From: Gordius albopunctatus
Lineage: Eukaryota
Assembly: GCA_964276515.1 (NCBI GenBank)
Contig: OZ193909.1
Location: 4,960,001 to 5,024,000, forward strand
Length of the DNA stretch: 64,000 bases
Direction of reading: 5' to 3'
The position numbers were made by a program, and so were the translations under genes. The notes under the pieces were generated by a model, which had not been told where the DNA came from, ran no database searches, and worked only from the letters and a program-made list of their open reading frames with translations. Positions 48,801 through 63,310 of this stretch are shown in pieces (the first letter of the stretch is position 1; the number at the start of each line of letters is the position of its first letter).

Positions 48801-51662
48801 CTTTCCAGATTAATAACTTTGACTTTGAAAAACAATATACAATCTATTGGTTCCAAAGCGACATTTAGTAACTGACATTACTATGTCATTTCCAAAATAC
48901 ACTATGCTACAAGCATTTCTAAAATGTAATAAAATTTATTCTCTTCGCGTTTCAAAGATTTTCTATAGTGCTGAATGCTAATTTCTATAGCAGAAAAATA
49001 TAATAAAAATAGCAAAAGGTAATATAGATATAACAATCAATTTGCTTAGTATAATTAATTTTTCTATGTGAGTAAAATTTTAGCTATGGATTTAGTTTTA
49101 CAACGATAATTTTGTTGATATTCAGTAACTATCGCAATCCCATCTTTATTTACTCCCGTGATTTTACCCAGTAAGATTTTTCTTTCTAGTGAAATACGTT
49201 GGACATAGTAGTTGACATGCCAATATATAAATTTAAAGTATTATCTGCCGGGGCCTTCAATATTTACATGATTATGCGTCATTTCCATTTAAACTCTTAC
49301 AGGTAACCGTGTAACTCGAGCTTTGCTATTGTACTTTCTTTGGTCCGACCCCGACCTCTTAAATTTTAGTTTGCTGGAGCACGATCCGAACCCTGTATGT
49401 CTTGTTATTTTGGCCCGAAGCCGAGCCCAGTTGGATTATTTTTATATAAAAATTTTAGCAAACTTTTACATTTAAAATTTATTTGATCATACAAATATGA
49501 AATAAATTTGACTGTTATTACGTAAACGAGGAAACGTTTGGAATCAAAAATCTATTTTGTATGCTCAAATAAAAATTATACTATCTAAATTACTAATATT
49601 TCATGCCTTTCTTTCTAAAATATTTCTGAGATGCCTAACGCAAAATTAATGGTTAGAACTTAGAAGTCGTGGCAGCATCTCAGTCAATAGCAATTGCAGA
49701 TATGCTTTGCCAAAAATAAAACAAATTTTGACAGGCACTTTGAGATAATGGTGAAAGAATAGATAAAAGGAAAATGAAATTTAGTTTATATTAATTTAAT
49801 AAACATAAATCAACAAAACATGATTAAAAAACACTTTTGTTTGTACTAGAGGTGTGCACGGATCAATTCGATCCGTCCGAACTCTGATCAACATTTTTTT
49901 TAGTCGGGTCGGATTTTCAAATTTAAAATAAACAATAATAAGTTCTAATTAATTAAATTAATAATTTTTAATATACCTTTTCATAATTATCTTTGCATTC
50001 TTTTTTTACTTTACCATTTTTGATGCCCAATACCACCTCTCACCTTACTTACCCTAATATATTTATCAGTATTTCCCTAGCTAGACTTTCTTGTTTGGCG
50101 AGAAAGGAGCTAGTGTTAATGATAAATCAGCATCTCCCGTTTCCTTTTTAGCTCACACATCTCTTTCTATCTCAACTCAACTCCGAAAATCATCAATCAC
50201 AAATGCGTAGCTCCTTTCCCTCTTGATATAAAAAGTTCTGTTCGTAAAATCTTAATTTAAAAATTTCGGATCGAATCGCATCGGATTTAGATTTTAAAAA
50301 ACTCCGAGGTGATATAAAATTTTTCAAAACCCCTCGGATCGGATCAAAAAAATTAGTTTGTACTTTATAAATACACAAAAAAATTTATGGTTTTGTAAGG
50401 GGCTTTTGGCTAGTCTTATTTATTTGGCCCGGTGTAGGGTGTCAGCATTCAGCGTGGTAACTCCAAACACACCTTTTGATTGGGTAAAAGAATGATTAAT
50501 GGCTTTTTTACACTCTCTCCCTCCAATGGGATTGGGTAGAGGCGTAATTGATGAGATTTTTTGAGAGAATTTTAGCTCGTGTTAACACGCAGCGTTCATC
50601 GTGTTACTACTGAGACATAGTTCTTAAGTAGGCAATAAATCATTCTTCCCTTATACTAAACTTTAACTACCCAAGAAGCACATTATTTTTTGCATACTAA
50701 AATTTGTATCGTTGTCTTTAAAACTTATAATAATTTGTCTTTTTTTACAAATATTTATTGATTTTTATGGGGGGGGGGGGTGAAATCAACCTAGGTTAGA
50801 TCCCAGCTTAATAAAAATTCATAAATATATATGTAATATTTTTTTATATATAACAATAATAATATCAAATAAATAAATAATTTGTGTTATTTAATTATAT
50901 AAGAATTTATAGAACCCCACAATTTTAAACATTTAATATTATACTAAATTGCTAGTCTAGACTTTATTTATTAAAAACAATACACATAACGCCTAAAAAT
51001 AGCAAAAAATGACCTTTGATTGATTGACAGCTCATATTTAACACGGCTGGCTTCTGTTTACCTAGAGTTGTAATATTGCTAACTTTAGCAATGCTAACTA
51101 TGTGCTATGCTCGAGCACGAACAGTAGCTGGGTAATATGCTAGTTTAGCACAAAGTGTGCTAACTGTTCGGTGAAATAGTTTTAACAGTAGCACGTAAAA
51201 ATGCTCGAGAGATTAGTCGAAGCAGCCAAATCTGTTAAAAAATTTAGCAGGAGCTCGAGCAGGTAGTAGATTGAATTGCTTTTGTTAAACTTTTTTAGTT
51301 ACTTACAATATTTGCTCATATTATATATCATAAATAAATTAAGAACTTTGCCCCCCCCCCCCCGATTTTTTACCCTCTTTCTTACGATCCATTAAGACCG
51401 TTACTATGCTCTTAAAATTCCTTTTTAAGTATTTCCATAAGAATAATTAGAAACCCATGTTATAAATTTTCTGCAAATATCCACATTTAATAGTTCTTTA
51501 ACATATCCTTTTTACAATTTGCATAAATTAGAATAAAACATATTAACCAGCAAATAATATAAATAGCGGAAATTTAAATAAATATCAAGCGGTGAATTTT
51601 TTAATTTGGTGGTATAATTCTGTTATTCCCGCATTACTTAAACATTCTGATAATGGTAAAAA

Positions 51663-54600
51663 TTATTCGATGACTTCAAAATCTTCAAGTTCGATGTTTA
51701 AAAAATCTATTATAAAATGAGAATTTATTAAAAATTTGCAAAATTGACAGTTTTCAAAATAAATTAAAAAAGTGAAATATTCAATAATTCGTAATACCTC
51801 CACCGGTGTGTGGGGAGACGCTTGTTGAGGCCGTTTTAGAGGAAGCATTTTCACTTTTCCAAGCAGGTGGCATGTGATTTAATAATTCGAACATAGGACA
51901 CGTGTAGGGTTGAATAAGTTTCTATGAAAAAAATCAATATCAAAATGAATGGGCGTAGCCAAGGGTAAATCCTAAAATTTGTTGACATTTATTAAAATTA
52001 TAGATTATTTCAAAAAATTATTATTTTGCCCTTCACTAAATTATTATAGTTTATGCGGTATAAATACATTAAAAATAGAAAATTGCAAAATTCAAATTAA
52101 ATGAATAGCCATTTAGTTATAATGCATAAATTTCAAGCAATTTCATTTAATAAAAAACAAAATATTTGCAATTTACAAGAAAAATATTTCAATTAGAATA
52201 TCCTCCAAGTTTAAAATAAGTTTAAATTCCATCCTTTCCTTAAGTTCCCACTTGAAATCAATCAACAATTAATGTTCTTATAATGGCAATGACTGTAACA
52301 TAAGTATGAATTTTTGCTAAAAAAGCAACCTAATGTACAAGTAATCCTCATATTTATTAGGCAGCCAAAGTAAGTTATAAGAATAGCATCCTCACAACAC
52401 TCCATAAGCAACATGAAAATTTTATTTTCTCTCAATTTAAAACTTCCCCCTGTTTAGAATTTTTTATTGGGATTCTAACAAGGACATAATATCTCGAATA
52501 TTTAGTCACTTAATATTTATCAACCTCCTTTGCATCCTAGAAACGCAAAGTTCACTTAAACAGGCATCTATCTCTAAAGAACTACCTATAAAACGTAATA
52601 ATTACATTGAGTATACAAAATTTGTATATCTCACATATTTTATGTCGCTACACAAAACTTCGAACTCGGCTCTATTATTGCAATGGAAAGCTAGGCTAAG
52701 GGAAGGGTCGAGGTGAGAAAAGGGCATGCGAGATGGGTGCAAGCAGTGGTAAGAAGCTATGTGGGGGACCATCTCTTGAATTTCATTATGGTTCGCACAC
52801 GTTTCATCATCGGTGCACACTCGCTCTTGGCACTCTTCCCCTCGGGTTGGATCTATAAGGACGCTAAGTTTGTGATAGAGGTCGAGTGGAAAAGCCTTTT
52901 GAACCGTGTGTGGATCGAGGTATATGAGGTCGTCACCTATAGAATGCCACAATAACTAGTGAAACCAAAACATCTGTGTGAGGATATAAATATAGTATGA
53001 TGTTACAGATCATTTGGGTAAGTAAGCTATTCTTTTTTGTGATCAAAATGCTGTAAATAGGTAAAAGTCAGGCAATTTTAGATTTAGATTATAATAAAAC
53101 GGTTGAGTATAACGCATACACTAAACAATTGAATATTTTAAATAGATTTTGGCGAGGATAACTAAAAAGGTAGAATCCATTTTCTAAAATCCTAATTTAA
53201 ACAAGCAGTGGAATAATGGAAAAATGGGTGTTAATTGGGTCATATTAATGAAATGTTAAAAATTATCAGCAAGATATAGCGAACGGTGTTGCACAAGCAA
53301 GGCAAACGAAAAGGATTTCATGTGGGAATCTGTTGCGAATAAGGGTTCGAGTTAAAAATTCATCCAAAAATTTATCTCATAGTCACCGTGGAGCGGAATA
53401 TCAAAGAATTATAAATGTGCCAAAGTTTGGGGACCTAAGGAGGCAAAGGCGATAAAAAATTAAAATCTCGCTTTAATGATATCACAAACCCAAATCCCCT
53501 GTATTTATCAATGGTTATAGAAGGCCAAATTAAAAAATAGCTTGGCAAAAAGGCATATAAAATTAAAAGTCAAAAGGAACTTCTAAGGTAAGTAGGGTAA
53601 AACACAACTATGAAACCTGTATATCCGATATACCAAGAGGCGTGCTTGGGTTTGCCTCCCAATATTCCTATACACTGGCGCATCCGGAAAAATGCCTAAA
53701 ATTAAAACAGATCTTTACAGATTAGAAGAAACAAAATTGTATAATACTAAACGAGTATTAAGGTTAGTCTTACTGGTAGGCATCTTATAATCTCTCACTT
53801 GTATCCAGTAAACACAATTTTTTAATAAAGTCATCTATAAACCTTCTTAAACTAATTTTTAATAATATACATATATTGCATTGAATATTAAAAAATCTTA
53901 AAATGATTTAAATATTTGATGATTAGTATATAGGCTTCTAAATTGTCATTTAGCGATGATCTAAACTCTGCAACGCCCTATGCTATGTATCATAATTAAT
54001 TTTAATTCAAAAACCTCATCCTCCCCTCCAAAGCAACAGTGTCCGCTTTCAGTTGGGATAATAAAATTAAAAATATGTCATGAAAAGGTTAGAGTAGGTT
54101 TAAAAAAGTGAAAATTCCCAGGCGTAGGGCAAAGATCCTCCTGTACTTTAAGGGGGTCGAAATAGGCTGGAATCATTTCCGAGAGTCCGAGCCTGAGTGG
54201 AATAACTAATACGAGAGATGGCGATTCGCAATCTTTACCTTTCACCGCTCGGTCGAATAAAACATCTGCGAGGATGGAAATAAATTTAATGGCACAATCA
54301 ATATCAAGTAATCCGTAAAAGACTGGTGCTGTCGTTGAAAAATAAAAAAGTAGGGCGAAAAATAGAGGGAAATATACCTAAATTTTATGAAGAGAGGGCA
54401 CGATTTAAGACGGGTAGTAACCGGGAATCAAATAAAAAATAAATCTAATTTACATGCCATCTACGACAAACTTTAAATTAGTGACTAATTTGGCTAAATT
54501 TATTCCTACCTCTATTAGCATGCGACGCGAATATAATAACAGGCATATATAAGGTTTTCGCTCTTATTGGAGCTCATCAGTATGTCATAGTTAATTGTAA

Positions 54601-57188
54601 TCGAGATCGGTTTATATAAGGCCATAATCGATTGAGTTCACTTAATTATGGTGTTTAAAGATAAACCCGCATAATTTTGGCGTAAATAATGAGTGTTTTA
54701 ATGTAATTCATTGAAATTAGGTTTAAAACAATTCGGGTTCTAAATATTGCATAAAAAATTAATCAGAAAATACGTTGAATTTTGATTTTTTCCAAAACTA
54801 AATGGCGAATATAGATGACTAAAGAAAATACCAAGCTAGGGTAAAAAGCCATTGCATATTTGACGTCTATTAATCACAAAAGTAGAACATCCAAATACAG
54901 TTTAATTAATTTAAGTCACATTAGGCATAGTAGATTGATATTATAGAATCTCGCAAAATATTTGCAAGAGAACTTCATTTTTAAAATTTTTTTTTAATTT
55001 GGCCAATTTAAATACAATGCAAAACATATTTTAATTTACATGTATTAATTTAAAATCTCTGACATTTTTATATGTATTATTTCTCATAGATCATATATAA
55101 TAAATCTTGCAAATATTAGGGGTATTTAATATAATTGGGTCATAAAATAAATAAAATAAACGTTATAGTTCTTTATTAATGGTGATGACAAAATGGTAAC
55201 CACAATAAATATAAAATGTAACAAATTAGGATTATATAAATTCTCACTTATCCCTTCCAAAATCACGACATTATCCATGGCAACGTGGAAAAGAATGTCA
55301 TTGTGGGCGTCCTGCTTTGTTAAATATCTGCATAAAAATGCAAAATTACAAATTATAGAAAAAAATTGGAAATAGGTTGTTGAAATCGTTTGTTAATTCT
55401 TTCAAAATAATATGATTACTAAAATGAAAAAATATTTTGAAATGAAAAGATAATTGAAAAGAAGCATTTAATTACATAACAAAGTGACAAGGCAACTTAA
55501 ATTAGACCCAAAATTTAAAGCACATAATTTATCCATACCCAGTGCGTAAACTTTAATCTATCAGAGAAATAAAATATTTGCTTCATAAAGTCTTAATAAA
55601 TCTTACCTCAGGATTTAACCAAAAAAAATCAAAAATCAAATACATGAAGTTTAATGTGTCAAAGAAAACCATTTAATCTTAAAATTTGTATTAAAGATTT
55701 TAATTTTATCCTCAATAATAAGGTTGATGAGGTACAAAATATTGCAACAAATTCCCTACCACCATCTCTCTTAATCCTTACAGGAACCACTTAATCAAAA
55801 ACTGGCTTTGTCTATTACAGTAGCTTACAATGCAAAGTTAATAAATGTTTTGAAGCCATAATTGATAAAAACGGTATGGAATTAATTGAGAAGAGTGAAA
55901 AATCTATCATAAAGCAATAAAAAGGTATATGTACTTGATTGCTTGGGCCACGGAGTTAGGTCCAAACCATTTACCAGGGCCTGAATTATCCAATAAGGAA
56001 GCTGAAGACGTTGATATATTATGGATCGAATACATGCAAGTTGGATCATCTAAAAAATGACCCAAAACTTGGTTAGTTTGAGAGAGGAAAGCTTTCAAAT
56101 TTTCCTTCAAAAATTCTTTGCCAACAGCTTCATACAATAAAGCTTCTTGAGAAACTTCTACACCAGCATTTTTTGTAACGAGTTTAAGACTGTCTTGGAG
56201 TAAGGTTTTATTAGTATGACCATTTTTGAGGAAATACCAAGATTCCATAATGTAACGTTTAGCCGTATTTAACAGAGTATCATTGGGATTAAGAGGTGAT
56301 GAAGGTTCTTCATTTAATTCTTTTCCCTTTTCACTTATGTGGTCTTCATGAGGCGTGTCTGATTCCACAATTTCTGGACTATGGCTAGAAAGCATTTGGC
56401 ATTGCTCTTTAGGAATACTTGACTTGCTTATTTCAGGTTGTGCACCATGGTGTTGGTTATAATCTGATAGATAGAAGATTTAGATTTATTGAATTCATAA
56501 TTTAGCAGGCCACAATAAAAAAATTAACCACTGGGTATATAACATTCTAATTAGAATTTTGTAATTTATAAAAACTTACATGCTTTATAAAATACCATAT
56601 ATGTAAATTTGTTTATAGCAATTATAGAAAATTATAAAAATAAATTCCTGAACAAACTAATCAATCTATTTTAACTATAATTTAAACCCACATATTTAAG
56701 ATACAGTTTGAATTTTGGTAAAGAAAATATTATAAACTGTATTTAGAAATCTAATTATTGTATTTTGCTAACCAAGGTTTCGTGTCATTGCCTCTGCTAA
56801 CATCATTTGACCTGTTCTAATCATGCAGCCCCAACCAGTATCTGTGGTCAAACAATCTTCACCTTCTTCAAATTGAATTACAAATTATATAAAGCTAAAT
56901 ATACGAATAGGGGGAAACCATTTTCTATATGTGAACCATAATTTATTGATAATTTCATGTTTCAATTCAATGCCATCTAAAAAAAATATATTTTAATTGC
57001 ATGATGGCAAAAACTTTCAACAGGGTTATAACATTTGCCCAAGACCCAAACAGTTTCAGAAGACTCATTTAAATCTGCAAATTGCAAAAATCCTGGTTCA
57101 TAGGTAAGACAAGCCTCATACATCATTTTTGTGGCATCCTTATAGATTATTATGATTAATAATAGCTTAATACTTTTTTTTCAATCAT
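51663..57188 (-). CDS. ATG4: ATG4 cysteine protease (ATG4A/B-like termini)
   Basis: VWVLGKCY, LWFTYRKWFPPI, catalytic TTDTGWGCMIRTGQMMLAE, YSIHNI, GKWFGPNSVAQAI, LVLVIPLRLGL, GILGGKPKHASWYIGY, LIYLDPH, SYHC...LDPSLSLAF and C-terminal LIR-like EDFEVIE*. Start is 57188 (5-codon exon) or 57126. Confidence 0.95.
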
Positions 57189-57913
57189 CTTAGATATACC
57201 AATATCATAATGCAAAAAGATTATACTTGCACAAATTATAAAATTTTATAATAATAATAAACAGCTGATATTACCCAAAGTATGACAACTTGTAACTAGA
57301 GCTAAACACATCCTAACTCCCGATCCTTTACACTCTTTGCCTCTAACAACTAACATAGGGTTAATCAATAACGTTATACCCCAAAACAACCCTCAAGTTT
57401 AAGCCCTAACTCTCACTTTAAACATTTTGTTAATTTGAACCCAAACTTTAACATTAGGCCTTAATAAACAGGACTTTTGAAACATATGAAAAACTGGATG
57501 ACCTAAAGTAATGAGTTAGATTTTCATGCAATTTTACCTAATTTATATGATTTTCCTTTGATAGTTTTTGTCGGTGAAATACCTAGAGGAGGGAACTAAT
57601 GTTAAGATTTCATGGGTCTATAACTTGATTTACCATAAATTTAAAATATGAACAGGTTTAGTAGCGAAAAAAACAAAAAAGTTTTGGAAGGGAAAAGTAA
57701 AATTGTTCTATTTAGTTATATTATAATATATTTAAAGTCTCACTGAAATTTCGGGATGACGAGCAGGATTAGGAAATCATCGAGGGGTCTCGGTTTATGA
57801 AGAGTGATGTATTTTTCTCCACATTTTTCATATTATTTATAGTTCTATAGTATACAAGTTTGATGTTTTTAAAGTCAACGGAATAATAAAAGAGAAAAGT
57901 AAAATATCATTAT

Positions 57914-58004
57914 TGTAGTAAATGTAGTATCATCATTGTAATGTATTGTACCGCGATATATAGAAGAACATGTGATATAATTTAAATAATAAACAATTAC
58001 TACA
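57914..58004 (+). repeat. 5' LTR
   Basis: tgtagta...tactaca; two substitutions versus the 3' LTR. Confidence 0.95.
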
Positions 58005-61000
58005 AATGGCGACGAAGATGGGATTTGAAATGCCAATAATGAAAACCACAGATGATATGAAAACTTTAGACTTATCAAAAATTACGCTCCGGGAATATTC
58101 TTCTGAAATGGACATAGAAGACTATCTAGAAAATATGAGCTACGTCATAAAGGTTAAAGGTATAAATGCTTCAAACGATATGTTACAACAAATATATAAA
58201 AATCTTTTACTTGCATATTTTGGAATTAATAATGTTAAAGAAATTAAAAATTATATATATCCTAAATCCTTGGACACATCTTCGTGGGAGGAAATTCACA
58301 AGGCTTGTTTAGCCTTATTTAAAACAATGGAATCCGAATTTACTTCCAGATCAAAATTCATTCAAATGAAACGGTTAGAGGGAGAAACAATAATGTTATT
58401 TGCCCAAAGATTAAAAGAATTGGCTAGAATATCCAACTTTAAAAGTGATAATGATGAAAGGTTGCGAGACCAATTCATTGCAGGTTGTCAAGTAACAAAG
58501 TTGGATGTTGAATTAAGTACGCATTTCCCTAATACAATAAATTCAGATGGTACAAATATAACTTTTAGATAAGTATTGGATTTAGCAATGACATTAAAAA
58601 GGACAGAACAAGAGGTAAATCATGGTATCAATAAAGTACAAAACAACTATACAAGGGGTTTTTCTAAGAATCAGTCAAGACCCAACAGCAACAACAGTTG
58701 TTACCGGTGCGGGAGGTCCCACTTATATGCAAATTGTCCAGCAATCAAAGCCACATGTTATAAATGCAAGAAAATAGGACATTTTGCAAGGGCTTGTAAA
58801 TGTAAACCTATTTATAATATTCAGGGTGGAGATGGATATGGAAGTTCAGATGACAATTTAATTAATCAAGTTAGAAGAATAGGGGTTAATAGAGCAACTA
58901 TAATGGCACGTTTGAATGATATTCCATATTGTCTTGAATATGATACCGGAGCACAGGTGTCAGGTATTAACAAGAAGATATGGAAGTGGGCAGTCCCAAG
59001 TTAAGACAAACTAATAACCTAACCGTGTATGGTAAAAATACGCTAGATGTTATGGGGGGAGTGATTATTAAAGTGAAAGTTGGAGAAAAGGTTAAGAATT
59101 TACCTGCAATCGTCACTAGAAGCATGGATGTACCGTTGTTTGGGTTACTTTGGATTTTAGAATTCGATTTATAGATTCCGAAATGTGTAAGGATTAACAA
59201 AGTCTACAAGGAGGGCAACACAATTGGTAGCAAATTAAATAATTTAATTAAAGAATTTTCAGAAATTTTTGATAACAGTCACGGGGAAATCAATAGCAAT
59301 CCAGTTCATCTAAATGTAAAAACAGATGCATCAGGTAAAATATTTCCTGCCCGTCGTTTTCCCTTTCCGTTAAGAAAACCGATTGAGATGGAGCTTGAAA
59401 GATTGGTTGCGGCTAACATAATTAAAAAAGTGGACCCTACTAAAACGAGCATTGAATGGGCTACACCAACGGTAAATGTGAGGAAAAACAGTGGTTGTAT
59501 TAGAATTTATGGAGATTTCAAAAATACCTTAAACCCTTTCTTGATAAAGGACTACCATATATTGCCAACATTTGATGATATTGCTTCATAATTGGTTAAC
59601 GGACAAAGATTTACGAAAATCGATCTCAAAGACGCATATCTTCAAATGAAGATCGACGAGGATTCCCAAAAATATCTTATAAACACACATGTGGGTTATT
59701 TTCAGTATAAACGTATGCCTTTTGGATTAGCGTCGGCACCCATAATATTTCAAAGATATATGGATAATTTGCTAAGTGACTGTAAAAAGACCGGAGTATA
59801 TTTAGATGATGTTATAATAACGGGTGATGATGATGACGAACATATACGAAATTTAACTGCCGTTTTAAGAAAATTCAAGACGGCGGGATTAAGATCTAAG
59901 CTAAACAAAGTTAATTTTTAGAAGAATCAGTACAATTCTTAGGATATCAGATAGATAAATATGGGATACACCCAAAGGCAGATAAAGTGAAAGTTATTAG
60001 AGAAGCTCCAACGCCAAAAAACATCCATGAATTAAGAGCATTTTTTGGATTTCTGAATTATCATGAAAAATTTATACGGAGTCTTCATGGTATCTGTTCA
60101 CCTTTACATCGCTTAACTAGTTCAAAATATCGCTGGTCGTGGACTTCGTTAGAACAAACAGTGTTTGATAAGATAAAAATAATATTGTCACGAGAAGATA
60201 CGCTAACACCTTATTCACCTAACCTACCAATTATTTTAGAATGGGATGCTTCAAATGAAGGGTTAGGAGCAGTTTTACTACATAAACTTGCTAATGGCCT
60301 AGAAAAACCAATTGCATATGCCTCAAGGACACTTTCGAGGGCAGATAAAAATTATGCGGCTATTGACAAGGAGGCAAGAGCCCTGATATTTGGAGTTGAA
60401 ATATTTCACCCATACATATTCGGAAGGAAATTTATCTTAAGTACCGATCACAAGCCATTAGAGAGATTGTTTGGCGAGAATCAGAACGTATCCCACATTT
60501 GTAATAATCGGTTAATTAGATGGGCGTGGAATTTGTCAGCTTACGATTATCATTTAGAATACAAACACGGTAGAGATAATCAATTGGCCGATGCGTTATC
60601 AAGATTATCAGTCCCCGATAAAGAAAAATTCAACCACGAAGATGTTGAAAATGCTGCCTGTTTAAGATACATAGCTTTAGAAGATTTAAAGATTACCGAA
60701 AGAACGTTAGCTAATGAGACCCGTAAAGATTCAACGCTTAAAAAGCTATTAGTACAACTAGAGCAAGGTTGAAGTGTAAACAGGAACGCTCTCACAAATG
60801 AATTGATTCCATACTATAATAAAAAGGAGGAATTATCAATGGACAAAGGTATCATAAAATGGAACGGACGTATCGTTATTCCCAATAGTCTTCACATGAT
60901 TATACTGAGACTACTACGCAAGCGACACCCGGGGATAAATGCCATGAAATCCATTACTAGATATTATGTATGGTGGCCGAATATGTATCAAGATATCGAC

Positions 61001-62040
61001 ACGTTCGTTCAACAATGTGTCAACGTCATCGGGTTAATATTGCTGAAGTACCCTTATATTCGTGGAATATTAGTGATATTCCTTGGGAAAGATTACACAT
61101 TGATTTGGCTGGCCTGATGGATGGTCGTTACTGGTTGGTAGGGGTGGATTCTTATTCAAAATGGATTGAAGTGGACCTTATAAACCAAACTTTTTCCAAT
61201 ATAATTATAAAAAAGCTTAAAGGATGGTTTAGCCGATTTGGTATACCACGTCAAATTGTTAGCGTCAACGGGCCACAATTTACATCAAACGAATTCAGAA
61301 TGTTTTGTGAAAGCTACAATATCAAACATATTTTAACCACACCTTACAATCCCAAAACAAATGGTTGCGTTGAACGTGGTATAAGAACTTTGAAAAGTCG
61401 CTATCTGGCCACGAAAGAGGATATCAAGGATGCAGAGGAATGTATGATCGAAGTCTTAACTACATATCGGAACACCGAACATAGAGCAACTGGGAGGTCA
61501 CCAGCAAAAATTATGCTCGCTAGGCGAAACCGGACGCCGTTGGATTGGACCTAGAACTAATCTAGAAAACAATAGAGAAAAGCAAGATTGTTATCACGAC
61601 AAGGGTTTAAGTCCACGAGAATTTTCAAATAACCAGCCAGTGTGGGTAAAAAATGAAATTAGACCGGGTTGGAGGGAAGGCACGGTATTACAACGAGATG
61701 GAATATGGTCATATATTGTGGAAAGTCAAGGAAAACAAATAAGCACGCGGATCAATTAAGAAAAAGAATTACTAACTCTCACTCAGATTAGACATTAAAT
61801 ATACCAAATCAGGATATACAAGTTCAAGACCCATTTATTGTGGAAGAAGAGGGTGAAGAAAACGTTAGAAATATGACAAAAAAATCAAAAGAAGTTGATC
61901 GTAATGTAGAGAGCTCGTCGCATGACGTTTTGAATATACCAGAAGAGATTCAAATACCGCAGAAAAAAGAAAGCAGATTACGCAAGGCACCGCTTAGATT
62001 AATTGAGGAAATGTAATGTGTCAACGAAAAGGGGGACAAA

Positions 62041-62131
62041 TGTAGTAAATGTAGTATCATCATTGTAATGTATTGTACCGCGATATATAGAAGAACGTGT
62101 GATATAATTTGAATAATAAACAATTACTACA
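62041..62131 (+). repeat. 3' LTR
   Basis: Direct repeat of 57914-58004, preceded by a polypurine tract. Confidence 0.95.
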
Positions 62132-62310
62132 ATGATCAACCAGTATAAAATTTGCGCAAGAACACCACGGTTCCCTTCAAATCAGAGTCACGTCTTTCAT
62201 GGTGCCCGTGCCTTCAACATGGTTTTGAAAATGAAATAGGATATTCGAAATACTTTTTGTCGGTTAAAATTTAAATGCAACCCCAAAATTATAGTTAAGC
62301 AATTTATACA

Positions 62311-63310
62311 TCTATATATATAAAAAAGCTGGCGCCAATAACTTGGTGGATGGACGACGGACGGACGACGGACGGACGACGGACGGACGACGGACGGACG
62401 ACGGACGGACGACGGACGGACAACCAAAAACGAGCCCATAAATTGCATAGCAATTAAAAGTAAAGTCTATGTATATATGTATGTATATATGTGTGTATGT
62501 AAGGGCTAAATTTTGAAACTACCGGCCCGATTCGCGCGAAAATTTAACCGTAGATGCCCAGTGGTAAAATAGCCTTTTCAGAATCCTAAAATTCTTTTTA
62601 GTTTTAAAAATATGGGCCTTTTAGTTTTAAAAACTGGCTTAATTCTAAAACTACCGGCCCGATTTGCGCGAAAATTTAGCCGTAGATGCCCAGGGATGCC
62701 AGGGATAAAATAGCTTTTTCAGATTCCTAAAATACCTTTTCGTTTTAAAAATATCGGACATTTCCCGACCAGTTTCATTTATAGCATCACATACAATGAC
62801 GTCATACAAGGCTGAAGTTTTCTCGAATTAGATATTTAAAAGTATAATAAAAATGTTACAGTATACGGTCAAAAATATTGAGGTTTAATCAACTATTTAA
62901 ATTAAATAAATAAAATTTAAATTAATAGCTTTTGCAGAATCCTAAATTATTGGGGTTTAACAAACTATTTAAATTAAATAAATAATATTTAAATTATTAT
63001 CACGTGGTCGATCATAGAAGCATATTTATAATATTTATCCATCCTTCAATTAATTATTTTATTTTATTAAAGAAAATTGTATTTCAAATAAATCAGCTAA
63101 CTAGAAAAATAAAATAATGGTATTATTGTATAATAAGTAACAGCATTGATCAGCAATTTTTCCAAAAACATTTAATTTTAGTCGGATTTGATGACTAAAA
63201 CAGAATTCGCATTTGGTTTGTCTTATTATATATATACTAAAAATAGTGGGTTCATAAAATCCATGACGTGATAAAATTCTTGCTCTAAATAAATATTATG
63301 GATATTTTAT
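62311..63310 (+). mobile_element. Non-autonomous Helitron, 3'-truncated, with (GGACGACGGAC)n repeat at about 62351-62420
   Basis: a|TCTATATATA start; body homologous to 13284-14019 (reverse) and 24533-24870. Confidence 0.8.

Larger units (their letters stand above)
57914..62131 (+). mobile_element. Full-length decayed Ty3/gypsy LTR retrotransposon (Mag-like)
   Basis: 91-bp LTRs (TG..CA), TSD attat/atgat, PBS TGGCGACGA, PPT gaaaagggggac. Gag with two CCHC knuckles, protease DTGA, RT (IDLKDAYLQ, YLDD), RNase H (DAS..GLGAVL, TDHKPL) and integrase (HPG, HIDLAG, NGCVER) in gypsy order, with many stops and frameshifts. Confidence 0.96.

Noticed and set aside
62197..62448. 83-aa ORF with RPSSV repeats
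   Set aside because: Translation of the 11-bp tandem repeat inside a Helitron.
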